This document shows positions 17,778 to 25,757 of a stretch of DNA of 64,000 bases, piece after piece. Each line of letters opens with the position of its first letter. The stretch's first letter is position 1. Source of the DNA: Patescibacteria group bacterium. GTDB lineage: Bacteria > Patescibacteriota > Patescibacteriia > Patescibacteriales > JBAZCA01. Where the stretch lies: contig JBAZUL010000001.1 in assembly GCA_041661405.1 (NCBI GenBank), positions 92,403 to 156,402 on the forward strand, written 5' to 3'. The notes below the pieces were generated by a model that made no database searches, was not told the DNA's origin, and worked only from the letters and a program-made list of their open reading frames with translations. A program made the position numbers and the translations under genes.

Positions 17778-18389
17778 ATGAGATACTCGCTATTTTTGGA
17801 CAATATATTGGCTCGGAAATCAAAGGTTAAGGCTTTGCGTTATTTGTCCGGCTATAAGCCGGAAGCTTCAGTCAGGGAAATTTCAAGAGCTATAGGCATT
17901 TCCCACCCCAACACTTCAATCGCGTTGAAAGAGCTGGAAGCGGAGGGGGCGCTAAAATCGGTGCGAGTCGGCCAGTCAACAATTTATTCTTTGAATTTAG
18001 GCCATTATATTGTAGAAAAAATAATAAAACCCGCGTTTGAAAAAGAACGGGAAGCTAAAAACGAATTAATCAGCCGGATAAAGAAGAATATCGGGATTTC
18101 TTTTGAATCAATCATACTGTTCGGCAGTGTCAGGCGCGGCAAAGAAAAACCACTTAGCGACATCGATTTGGCCATAGTTATTAACGACCGCGAAGATCCG
18201 GTAAAACTTGAAGAAAGCATCGCCGCCTTAAACCCTTCTGTTGCGGAAGAGTTTGGCAATACCCTGTCTCCGGTAATTTTTAGTAAAAGCGGCTTTGTAA
18301 AAAAGATTAAAGATAATGACGGATTAGTCAGGGAAATCGTGAAAAACGGCGAAGTAATCGCGGGCAAGTTAATAAGCGAATTACTATGA
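17778..18389 (+). CDS. wHTH-fused minimal nucleotidyltransferase (MNT antitoxin-type)
   Basis: N-terminal winged-helix region (SVREISRAIGISHPNTSIALKELEAEGAL) and an NTase core (ILFGSVRRGKEKPLSDIDLAIV). The ORF-track start at 17535 runs through tRNA-Leu and is rejected. Confidence 0.75.
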   Translation: MRYSLFLDNILARKSKVKALRYLSGYKPEASVREISRAIGISHPNTSIALKELEAEGALKSVRVGQSTIYSLNLGHYIVEKIIKPAFEKEREAKNELISRIKKNIGISFESIILFGSVRRGKEKPLSDIDLAIVINDREDPVKLEESIAALNPSVAEEFGNTLSPVIFSKSGFVKKIKDNDGLVREIVKNGEVIAGKLISELL

Positions 18390-18787
18390 CAACTGTTAAA
18401 ACCCGGGAGGAATCCAACTGGAAAAACTATTTAACCAAAGCGGAACAGTTTTTAGAAACCGCTAGAGACGCCTATTTTAAAAAGAACTGGAACGCCGTCG
18501 GCTTGAACGCGGTGCACGCGGCCATTTCAGCCAATGATTCTATATGCGTTTACTTCGGTAAAATCAGGTCTATTAGTGAAAAACACAGTGACGCGGCAGT
18601 CTTATTGTTAAGGATATTGAAGCACGGAGCTGATGCTAAAAATTATTCTAAACATTTATCCTGGCTTATTAATAGAAAAAACCTGATTGAATATGAATCC
18701 AGACTATTTTATGCGAAAGAAGCGGAAGAGGCGCTTGTCCACGCTGAAAGATTTTTAAAATGGGCAAAAGAAAAACTGGCGCAATAA
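18386..18787 (+). CDS. HEPN domain protein (toxin-type partner of MNT)
   Basis: R-x5-H motif in IRSISEKH, an all-helical 133-aa protein, and a 4-bp ATGA overlap with the MNT gene. Confidence 0.7.
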   Translation: MTTVKTREESNWKNYLTKAEQFLETARDAYFKKNWNAVGLNAVHAAISANDSICVYFGKIRSISEKHSDAAVLLLRILKHGADAKNYSKHLSWLINRKNLIEYESRLFYAKEAEEALVHAERFLKWAKEKLAQ

Positions 18788-18930
18788 AAAAATTTATTCA
18801 TGCGAACGGCATCTTTGCCGACTAGAATATTTCTATTTTTTTACATATCCTTGCATCGCCTTGACATTCTTTTTTTCTTGTGTTAACGTGGTAATACGTT
18901 AATACAAACGGCAAGTCCCGTTAGCTTAAT

Positions 18931-19278
18931 ATGAAATCATATAAACCCGACAAAAAAACCGACGATTTACTGGAAACCATCCTGGGCTTAGAAAATCTAA
19001 CCGAAGCCCGGGCGTTTTTCCGCGATCTCTGCACCTTAAAAGAACTAAAAGACTTAAGCGAACGCTGGGAAATAGCAAAAATGATTGAGCGCGGCCTTCC
19101 CTACCGCGAAATTGCCGAAAAACTCAAAGTTAGTACAACTACGGTCAGCCGGGTGGCACTTTGGTTAAATAACGGCCTGGGCGGCTACCGGTTAATACTG
19201 AACCGATTAAATTTAAACCCAGCCGACAAACATCACCCTAACTCTTCTTTTGGGAAAGGGTTGCGTGTTTATAATTAA
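18931..19278 (+). CDS. TrpR-like YerC/YecD family DNA-binding protein
   Basis: LSERWEIAKMIERGLPYREIAEKLKVSTTTVSRV is typical of the YerC/TrpR fold. Confidence 0.7.
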   Translation: MKSYKPDKKTDDLLETILGLENLTEARAFFRDLCTLKELKDLSERWEIAKMIERGLPYREIAEKLKVSTTTVSRVALWLNNGLGGYRLILNRLNLNPADKHHPNSSFGKGLRVYN

Positions 19279-19303
19279 AATATCAACATAATATTTAGCG
19301 CTC

Positions 19304-19333
19304 AACCCCTTCTCAAAAGAGAGGGGGTTTTTC
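19304..19333 (+). terminator. Rho-independent terminator after the YerC-like gene
   Basis: aacccttctc-aaaa-gagagggggtt followed by ttttc. Confidence 0.7.
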
Positions 19334-19423
19334 GTTTCGCGGTTTGGCGGAACGAAGTCCCGCGCCTGCGGGATTCTCAGATTGAGAGAACTCGGTGTTC
19401 TTTACAACAGAGGAGAAGGTAAA

Positions 19424-20512
19424 ATGAATGAAAACAAAATTTCCAGTAGATACGAAAATCGACCCGACCCCAAAGGCCTCCGGTACGGAATCATTGAAGC
19501 CACTACCCGCTGCCAATGCGCCTGCCCGGGCTGTTACATGGTTCGACGAAATGTGCTCAACAAGGGCGAGATGTCGCTGGCCGAAGCGGTCCGTGTTCTG
19601 GATCTCTGCAGGGATTATGCCGGCAGAGAGCTCGAGACAATGGACATTCTAGGCGGTGAACCACTGCTTTGGCCGCACCTTAAGGATTATATTCAAGTAC
19701 TCCTGGGCCGCGGTATACTTCCCTGGATTTTCACCAACATGCTGGCCATCACGCCCGATCTGGCCAAATGGTTGTACGAACGTGATATTAACATCACAGG
19801 CAAGCTCAATATCAATCCAGATTGGAAAGAGTATTGGATATTGCAGGCCTGGATGATTGGCAGGGACTTAGAAACGGTCGTAAGAATGTTTGAAGCAATC
19901 GGCATTTTCAAAGCGGCCGGCTACCGTGAACCACTGTTCCGATTACAGAATCTCATCAGGAAGCAGAACATAGGCATCGTACCCGGCTACTACCGCTGGT
20001 GTTTAGAAAATGAGATTGGAACCGACTTGGAGCTTATGGGATCCGGGGAGACGGTAGACGCTGAATACTGGAAAATCGCACCGACGCCTAAGCAAGTCGC
20101 CAGAATGATCGGCATAATCCAGTCAACCCGGGAGGACTTCGGTCTGCCCAAGGCCGAAGTACTCATGCCTCACGTCTTCGGAGCCTGTCCGTTCTACGAC
20201 AAAGGGCTTTACTTTGCCGTGGACGGGCACATTCGGGCTTGTTCCAATTCCACCGTGACTTTAAGCTGGATTGATCGGACCGATCCTATCCGCGAGGCAT
20301 ATGAATCTAATCTGATCTGTAATCGCTTGCGGCTCACCAAAGACACGGTCGGCGAACCTTGCGGATCCTGCGACAAGTGGGACAAGTGTCGCGGCGGTTG
20401 TCGGGCCACGACGGAAGGCCTTGGCGACCCATTGGGTGGGTATCCGCTTTGCCCTGTTCCATTTTTCAGTGGGAACGGCAATCCTTACGAAAACGGCGGC
20501 TATAACGAATAG
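19424..20512 (+). CDS. Radical SAM enzyme with complete C-terminal SPASM domain
   Basis: CQCACPGC contains CxxxCxxC. The SPASM signature is present as CPFYDKGLYFAVDGHIRAC (C..Gx4C) then CGSCDKWDKCRGGC (Cx2Cx5Cx3C) and a late Cys in YPLCP. The ATG at 19424 has the SD AGGAGAAGG. Confidence 0.85.
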   Translation: MNENKISSRYENRPDPKGLRYGIIEATTRCQCACPGCYMVRRNVLNKGEMSLAEAVRVLDLCRDYAGRELETMDILGGEPLLWPHLKDYIQVLLGRGILPWIFTNMLAITPDLAKWLYERDINITGKLNINPDWKEYWILQAWMIGRDLETVVRMFEAIGIFKAAGYREPLFRLQNLIRKQNIGIVPGYYRWCLENEIGTDLELMGSGETVDAEYWKIAPTPKQVARMIGIIQSTREDFGLPKAEVLMPHVFGACPFYDKGLYFAVDGHIRACSNSTVTLSWIDRTDPIREAYESNLICNRLRLTKDTVGEPCGSCDKWDKCRGGCRATTEGLGDPLGGYPLCPVPFFSGNGNPYENGGYNE

Positions 20513-20538
20513 TCCTTTCAAGAATTGACACTACTCAT

Positions 20539-20578
20539 GGGGGGCGTGAGGTCTTTCTTCACGCTCCCCAACTTTTTA
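20539..20578 (+). terminator. Rho-independent terminator after the radical SAM gene
   Basis: An 11-bp stem ggggggcgtga/tcacgctcccc followed by aacttttt. Confidence 0.7.
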
Positions 20579-21096
20579 TGAACAAAAAAATACTAAAAAT
20601 CGCTAAAATAGAATTAAAGGAGCTATCAAAACGATATGACGGACTAATTAATGTTGTGCTGGACGATTGGCGAGGGTATCGCTTTATATTTGATACTAAA
20701 GACGTTAGAAACTGCAAAAACAATTGCCTGAACTGTAATTTATATAAGGCGGTAAATAACGAAAAGAAAGGAAAATTTGAACCCGGCTTATATCTAGCCA
20801 ACGGAAAAGACAAAAAAATGTTTGGTCCTCAAAACTTTTTAAACTGCAAAACGCTTAGCCAATATCAAAACTGCTATGCTTTTTTTCTGGTAAAAGTTGC
20901 CAATACTAAAAACGAAATAAAAAATGAAATTTGTCTAATCAGAAATCTAAAACTTATTTACGCCAAAAGGGGTGGCAATCTGCCAAAAGCCGAAAATAAA
21001 TTCAAAAAGCGCATATTTAGACAAGCTCTAAGCTTATGCTCCGAAAGAAAAAGGTGTCTGCTAACAGGCATGTTGAAACCAAAAGAGTACTCTTAA
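20578..21096 (+). CDS. Hypothetical Lys/Asn-rich protein with CKNNCLNC motif
   Basis: A 172-codon open frame in very AT-rich DNA. There is a CxxxCxxC-like cluster (NCKNNCLNCNLY), no SD, and the start abuts the upstream terminator T-run. Confidence 0.45.
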   Translation: MNKKILKIAKIELKELSKRYDGLINVVLDDWRGYRFIFDTKDVRNCKNNCLNCNLYKAVNNEKKGKFEPGLYLANGKDKKMFGPQNFLNCKTLSQYQNCYAFFLVKVANTKNEIKNEICLIRNLKLIYAKRGGNLPKAENKFKKRIFRQALSLCSERKRCLLTGMLKPKEYS

Positions 21097-21127
21097 AATG
21101 TATTCAAGCACCAATCAGAATATCGCG

Positions 21128-21151
21128 TTATGTCCAGAGAACTGTGGACAT
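21128..21151. repeat. Palindrome family copy 1 (TTATGTCCAGAG-AA-CTGTGGACAT)
   Basis: Read directly. It is part of a 27-nt exact direct repeat, 21125-21151 = 21181-21207. Confidence 0.9.
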
Positions 21152-21183
21152 TGCGCTTGTGGATAACTTTTTGTAAAAATGCG

Positions 21184-21209
21184 TTATGTCCAGAGAACTG
21201 TGGACATAA
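21184..21209. repeat. Palindrome family copy 2 (TTATGTCCAGAG-AA-CTGTGGACATAA)
   Basis: Read directly. It is centred in a larger inverted repeat, 21158-21180 / 21217-21239, whose tips are DnaA boxes. Confidence 0.9.
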
Positions 21210-21317
21210 CTCCGATAAAAATTTACAAAGTTATCCACAGCAATTATTGTCCATATTGCCATATAATCGCCATTATAATGCTAAAATTAGCTACCATATA
21301 TTATAACATAAAAAGAG

Positions 21318-21343
21318 CTATGTCCACAAAACTCTAGACATAA
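21318..21343. repeat. Palindrome family copy 3, degenerate (CTATGTCCACAA-AA-CTCTAGACATAA)
   Basis: Read directly. Confidence 0.75.
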
Positions 21344-21549
21344 CTCCCTTATTGAACATCTCAATTTTTCCTCTGTGGATAACCTGTGAATCAAAATTTA
21401 TTCACAGTCGTTTATGAAAAAACGACTGCCCATAAACCTGTATCGGGTGCTTACTTGTAAGAGCGTATCCTTGACTAGATATGAGTAAAATAAATAACTC
21501 AAAATTGTGTTCACATCACCTAGCTCCTGGTAATACGAGGAGTGTACAG

Positions 21550-21567
21550 TGGGCTTAGTGGGACTCG
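21550..21567 (-). repeat. Duplicated 3'-end fragment of tRNA-Ala (att-like direct repeat)
   Basis: tgggcttagtgggactcg matches the tRNA-Ala 3' end tggacttagtgggactcg (21627-21644) at 17 of 18 positions. No complementary T-stem or 5' half accompanies it. Confidence 0.7.
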
Positions 21568-21626
21568 GCCGGCAAACGCCGGGCGGGAAGCGGATGCTCA
21601 CCGAATCTGATTAAGCAAATTATGTG

Positions 21627-21700
<74 letters not shown>

Positions 21701-21732
21701 GTGTATAGTCTTTCAATCTATTTCCAATTTTA

Positions 21733-21881
21733 ATAAAGGGAAATCTGTTTCGTTTTTGAAGCGAGGACATGTATCTCGCTGAGGATACATAATTAGTTTA
21801 CTCAGACTAACCGTACAGATGCCTAAATTAATGGCAGGTGTAGATTTCCGGAGCAAAAAAACGAAACAAATTTCCCTTTAT
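21733..21881 (-). other. About 150-nt element closed by a 25-bp inverted repeat (candidate structured ncRNA or MITE-like element)
   Basis: Arms at 21733-21757 and 21857-21881. The single non-Watson-Crick position is C-A on the plus strand but G-U on the minus strand. Internal hairpins are gcgag/ctcgc and tgcc/ggca. Confidence 0.4.
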
Positions 21882-22047
21882 CTTAACACCTTATCCACAG
21901 CTTAATCAAAACTTAATTAATATTGAATAATTCGCTAATATTAGCAAATATTACTGGGTGATGTTTTATCTTTATCCTTGACTTTCTCTACTTATCTCCA
22001 GTTTATCCACAACTTAATCAGACTTTACTTTTTTCTTGATTTTGGAC

Positions 22048-22073
22048 TTATGTCCAGAGAACTCTGGACATAA
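22048..22073. repeat. Palindrome family copy 4, perfect (TTATGTCCAGAG-AA-CTCTGGACATAA)
   Basis: Read directly; 12-bp arms with a 2-nt centre. Confidence 0.9.
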
Positions 22074-22131
22074 AAACCCGACTTTTCCACAGCTCAGCCT
22101 TCCGTCAAGGAGAAATATTATCATCCGTATG

Positions 22132-22203
22132 TGTCCTCAACAGGAATCGAACCTGTATCTAGGGCTTAGGAGTCCCTTGTTCTATCCATTAAACTATGAG
22201 GAC
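22132..22203 (-). tRNA. tRNA-Arg (anticodon CCU)
   Basis: Reverse complement GTCCTCATAGTTTAATGGATAGAACAAGGGACTCCTAAGCCCTAGATACAGGTTCGATTCCTGTTGAGGACA. The anticodon loop is CTCCTAA, and the 31:39 position is mismatched. Confidence 0.8.
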
Positions 22204-22514
22204 AAGTGACGATCCCGCGATCATCCGTGAACCCAGCCGACACTATAACTAATTTAGTCTCAAACTTTTTCCCCGACTTAAAGCCTGCCTGGTAATTCTC
22301 CCGGAAATTGTATCCCAAAAAAACACACAAACATAGCTCCGGCTATGCTTATTGTTAATATAGTTAATTGCCCGGTAAATGTCAATGTTGTTTTTCCCGC
22401 GGATTTGCTTTAAACTTTAACTAGCTTCCGTATGCGACCGGGAAAACTCAATCGCGGACTAAAAACGGCATAATTTAAAATGAAAAAATTTATAAAATAA
22501 ATAACCATAAAACT

Positions 22515-22919
22515 ATGTTTGCCAAAACAAGCGATAATTCCAGCATGAATTTAAAAGAAGTAGAAACCATTGTCGGTCCGTCAGTAAAAGTAAAGGGCGA
22601 CTTCCATTGCGGAGGCAACATTATTGTTGAAGGCGAGGTGGAGGGGAACCTGATTTGCGGAAACATGCTCCAGATAAAAAGCGGATCAAAAATAACTGCC
22701 GATGTCACGGCCAAAGAAGCGGTGATCGGAGGCGAGATAAAAGGCAACGTAAAAATTATCGGTTTTCTGGAAATCACGGAAACCGCGAAAATTTTCGGCG
22801 ATATTGAAGCCGGAATAATTTCCATTGCCAAAGGCGCTTTTTTCAACGGCAACTGCGCTATGAATAAAGAGAGCCGGAACGGAAAAGAAGGGAAAAAAGC
22901 CGAGGAGCGCCGCGAATAA
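22515..22919 (+). CDS. Bactofilin (DUF583 polymer-forming cytoskeletal protein)
   Basis: Repetitive beta-helix pattern: VKGDFHCGGNIIVEGEVEGNL..ITADVTAKEAVIGGEIKGNVK..KIFGDIEAG. Confidence 0.8.
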   Translation: MFAKTSDNSSMNLKEVETIVGPSVKVKGDFHCGGNIIVEGEVEGNLICGNMLQIKSGSKITADVTAKEAVIGGEIKGNVKIIGFLEITETAKIFGDIEAGIISIAKGAFFNGNCAMNKESRNGKEGKKAEERRE

Positions 22920-22971
22920 AAAGACGGTTTCAACGAGCACCTTCCTTTTTAGGAAAAACGCTCCTATTATT

Positions 22972-23721
22972 ATGCATGTTTATATCTATGACACATTTTT
23001 GAGTGATAAGAAATTTGCGCGAATACTAGCTAAAATTGAAGCAAGAATTACTGATCTAGGTCTAAACGGAAAAATTGGCCGACTCGGCGTTACAAAAAAA
23101 ATTTTTGACCTGGTGAAAGACGAAATTAAAAGAGGCGCAAAAACTATTATCGCTGTTGGAAATGACGAAACTGTGGAAAAAATAGTCCGCTGTATGTCTG
23201 GATCCGAGACTCCGCTCGGCATCATCCCAGTCGGCAAAAACAACCTAATTGCCGAAAGCCTTGGCATCCCGGCCGAATTGGAAGCCTGTGACATCCTGTC
23301 GGCCCGGCGAGTAGAAAGGCTCGGTCTCGGTGTGATCGGCGACTTTCATTTCCTTTCAAAAATTTCTACCAACTCCGATAATTTAAAGCTCCTGCTGGAC
23401 AGCGGCTATTCGGTTGAGCTGAAGCGAAGCGGACCGATTATCAGCATCGTCAATTTGCCCACCGCCGATATTGCGCTTCCGGAGGGTCTTTGTTTCAGCC
23501 CGCGGGACGGACTATTAAGACTCTTGATTGAAGGCCGCGAAAAAAGAAACGTTATTTTCAGCCGTAAAAATTTTGAAAGCGTTTTCGCTTTCCGTAAGGC
23601 GACCATAAAAAGCGCCAAGCCGATAATTTTTAACAACCTCATTAAAGTGAGCGGCGCGATTGAAATTGAGGCCAAAAAAAACGCCATAAGCGTTATTGTC
23701 GGGAAAAACCGGAAGTTCTGA
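22972..23721 (+). CDS. Diacylglycerol kinase catalytic-domain family lipid kinase (YegS-like)
   Basis: IIAVGNDETVEKIV is a variant of the GGDGT motif, and LGIIPVGKNNLIAESLGIP is also present. Confidence 0.65.
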   Translation: MHVYIYDTFLSDKKFARILAKIEARITDLGLNGKIGRLGVTKKIFDLVKDEIKRGAKTIIAVGNDETVEKIVRCMSGSETPLGIIPVGKNNLIAESLGIPAELEACDILSARRVERLGLGVIGDFHFLSKISTNSDNLKLLLDSGYSVELKRSGPIISIVNLPTADIALPEGLCFSPRDGLLRLLIEGREKRNVIFSRKNFESVFAFRKATIKSAKPIIFNNLIKVSGAIEIEAKKNAISVIVGKNRKF

Positions 23722-23775
23722 ATTGTTTTAGATAATCGCGAAGAAAAAACCCGTGGCTAATTTTTTAGGCAGTTA

Positions 23776-24525
23776 TTATCCGGCGGAATTATCGCCGGTT
23801 TTTTTCTGCTTAAAAATATAGACCTGCTGCAAGGCCGTTAAAACGGTAGTGATAAGCCAGTAAAGCGCCAGACCGGCTGGCAGAGTCGCCCCGATAAACA
23901 CCGTCATAGCCGGCATGAAATAAAGCATTTGTTTGTTCATGATAGCGGCAAAATCTTCATCTTTGGCGCCCGGTGCCTTTATTTCCGCCCGCTTGGTGCT
24001 CATCATTTTCGCCTGCCAGAATTGAGCCGCTCCGGCCAGAATTGCTAGGATGTAATTAGGCTTGTTCAAATCTAAAATACTCAAAAATATCGTATTTACC
24101 TGATCGGGTTTACTTACAAAAGAATAAAGCAGGTTGGAAGTTTGATCATTAATGCCGGCTTTAAAAACCTGAAAAATCGCGATTAGAAAAGGAAACTGGA
24201 TGAGTAATGGCAGACAGGATGAAAATGGGTTGACTTTATGCTCTTTATAGAGGGCGAGCATAGCCCGACCCATCTCATCTTTTTTATCCTTATATTTGGC
24301 TTTTACTTCATCAATTTTCGGCTGAAGATCCTGCAAGGATTTCTGGGATTTTATGGAACTTTTAGAAAGCGGTAGAAGCGCCAATCTGATAAGGACGGTG
24401 AGGATAATGATCGCAAAGCCAAGATCGTGGCCCGGCATGTGGCTCGTTATATAAACCAGCAAATTCAGGATGGGGCGATAGAATATTTCATGATAAAGAA
24501 ATGTCATAAACTTGATTCTCCACAA
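23776..24525 (-). CDS. yidC: Membrane protein insertase YidC (short form)
   Basis: GFAIIILTVLIRLALLPLS, KYKDKKDEM, NPFSSCLPLLIQFPFLIA and PAGLALYW. An alternative ATG lies at 24507. Confidence 0.9.
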   Translation of the reverse strand: MWRIKFMTFLYHEIFYRPILNLLVYITSHMPGHDLGFAIIILTVLIRLALLPLSKSSIKSQKSLQDLQPKIDEVKAKYKDKKDEMGRAMLALYKEHKVNPFSSCLPLLIQFPFLIAIFQVFKAGINDQTSNLLYSFVSKPDQVNTIFLSILDLNKPNYILAILAGAAQFWQAKMMSTKRAEIKAPGAKDEDFAAIMNKQMLYFMPAMTVFIGATLPAGLALYWLITTVLTALQQVYIFKQKKTGDNSAG

Positions 24526-24630
24526 AACACGAAAGTCACAAAATATTAATCCCGAGCGCTCGGGACGTATTTAGTTGTTTTCGTATTTCGTAGACGTAAA
24601 TCTGTAATTAATAATTAGCGGTTATTTAAG

Positions 24631-24885
24631 TTAAGCCGGATCATGGCCGCCTTTATTCCAAGGATTACAACGCAATACTCGCCAAAAAGCCCTGATGCCG
24701 CCTTTTACGAGACCATGTTTTGTAATCGCGTCAATAGCGTACTGCGAGCAGGTGGGCTGAAAACGGCAATAGCCGTAAGGAAACATGTACTTAAAGAGGC
24801 CGTGGTCAAAAGAAAGGGTTTTTTGGTAAATCCTTATCAAAACTATGGCAAGCTGGCGAGGGTAATATTTAATCAGATTTCTCAT
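24631..24885 (-). CDS. yidD: Membrane protein insertion efficiency factor YidD
   Basis: CRFQPTCSQYAIDAI..HG..KG...RVLRCNPW..GGHDP. Confidence 0.9.
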   Translation of the reverse strand: MRNLIKYYPRQLAIVLIRIYQKTLSFDHGLFKYMFPYGYCRFQPTCSQYAIDAITKHGLVKGGIRAFWRVLRCNPWNKGGHDPA

Positions 24886-24902
24886 TTTTAAACTGCTCCG
24901 GC

Positions 24903-25256
24903 TTACCTGGCCGCTTTTTTATATAGCTTCAGCCTGGCGAATAAGTGCCTCAAGTTAATTTTAATCTCCCGGTAATCTTTTTCAACAATCGCCGGCCGAC
25001 AAATTATCGCGCAATCGTAGCCAGACTTTAAAAGATCCATTTCTGTCAAAAGTATCTGGCGGATTCTTCTCTTTATTTTGTTTCTTATGGTGGCTTTTTT
25101 TGAAACTTTAACGCTCGTTAAAATGCCAAAACGGCTTATTTCTAAGCTATTTTTCGCGCACTTTATTCCGACAAAATCCGTATAAGCGGCTTTACCTCTG
25201 GAAAACACCCGGTCAAACTCTTTGCTTTTGGTTAATTTTAGCGGTTTAGGGAGCAT
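24903..25256 (-). CDS. rnpA: Ribonuclease P protein component
   Basis: LKLTKSKEFDRVF N-terminus, basic RNR-like KIKRRIR, and position between rpmH and yidD. Confidence 0.85.
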   Translation of the reverse strand: MLPKPLKLTKSKEFDRVFSRGKAAYTDFVGIKCAKNSLEISRFGILTSVKVSKKATIRNKIKRRIRQILLTEMDLLKSGYDCAIICRPAIVEKDYREIKINLRHLFARLKLYKKAAR

Positions 25257-25284
25257 AGGGCAAGCCGAAAAATGGCGGTTCGCT

Positions 25285-25422
25285 TTACTTGGTAAGTTTT
25301 TTTCTTCCTTTATCCTTTCTCCGTTTTATTACTTTTCGTCCGTCCTTGGTAAGCATTCTTTTTCTAAAACCGTGTTTTCTCTTAGCCTGTTTCTTTTTAG
25401 GCTGGAAAGTTCTTTTTGGCAT
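25285..25422 (-). CDS. rpmH: 50S ribosomal protein L34 (45 aa, below ORF-track cutoff)
   Basis: Hand translation gives [45 protein letters not shown]. Confidence 0.9.
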   Translation of the reverse strand: MPKRTFQPKKKQAKRKHGFRKRMLTKDGRKVIKRRKDKGRKKLTK

Positions 25423-25582
25423 ACACTAAAAGTTTAAAATTTTAACTCTCAACTGTTTTTAAAGATAACATCCAAAGCCGTATTAGTCAATTAAAATCAA
25501 ACGCGCGGATCTTCTAATAAATATCTATTGCTTATTTTTTTCTCTCCCTATAGAATAGGGAGACGAAGGTTTTTAAAAAACT

Positions 25583-25611
25583 TTATCCACTCTATCCACA
25601 GCTTATCAACA
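25583..25611 (+). promoter_or_regulatory. Three tandem one-mismatch DnaA boxes upstream of dnaA
   Basis: TTATCCACT at 25583-25591, CTATCCACA at 25592-25600, and TTATCAACA at 25603-25611. Confidence 0.6.
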
Positions 25612-25757
25612 GGTTGTGAACTTTCCATTTTTATTTCTTTACACTATAATTCATTTTATCGGCTTTGCGTCATCTTATACCGGCGCCGGCGAGGCTCAAC
25701 GCATTTTTTAAAACTACGATTTTCTCATAAAACTTTCTAATTTTTAAACAGTGTCCT

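Noticed and set aside
21179-21337. 52-codon ORF (MRYVQRTVDITPIKIYKVIHSNYCPYCHII...) and a 42-codon ORF at 51977-52105 that both read through palindrome copies
   Set aside because: The same DNA repeats are read in different frames at different loci, so the conserved unit is the nucleotide palindrome and not a peptide. There is no SD. Only the 22-codon ORF next to the rSAM gene is kept, as a low-probability hypothesis.
21398-21601. 67-aa minus-strand ORF downstream of tRNA-Ala(GGC)
   Set aside because: It starts inside the tRNA-like fragment and GC hairpin, has no SD, and its composition looks non-coding. The region is treated as unassigned RNA or scar sequence instead.
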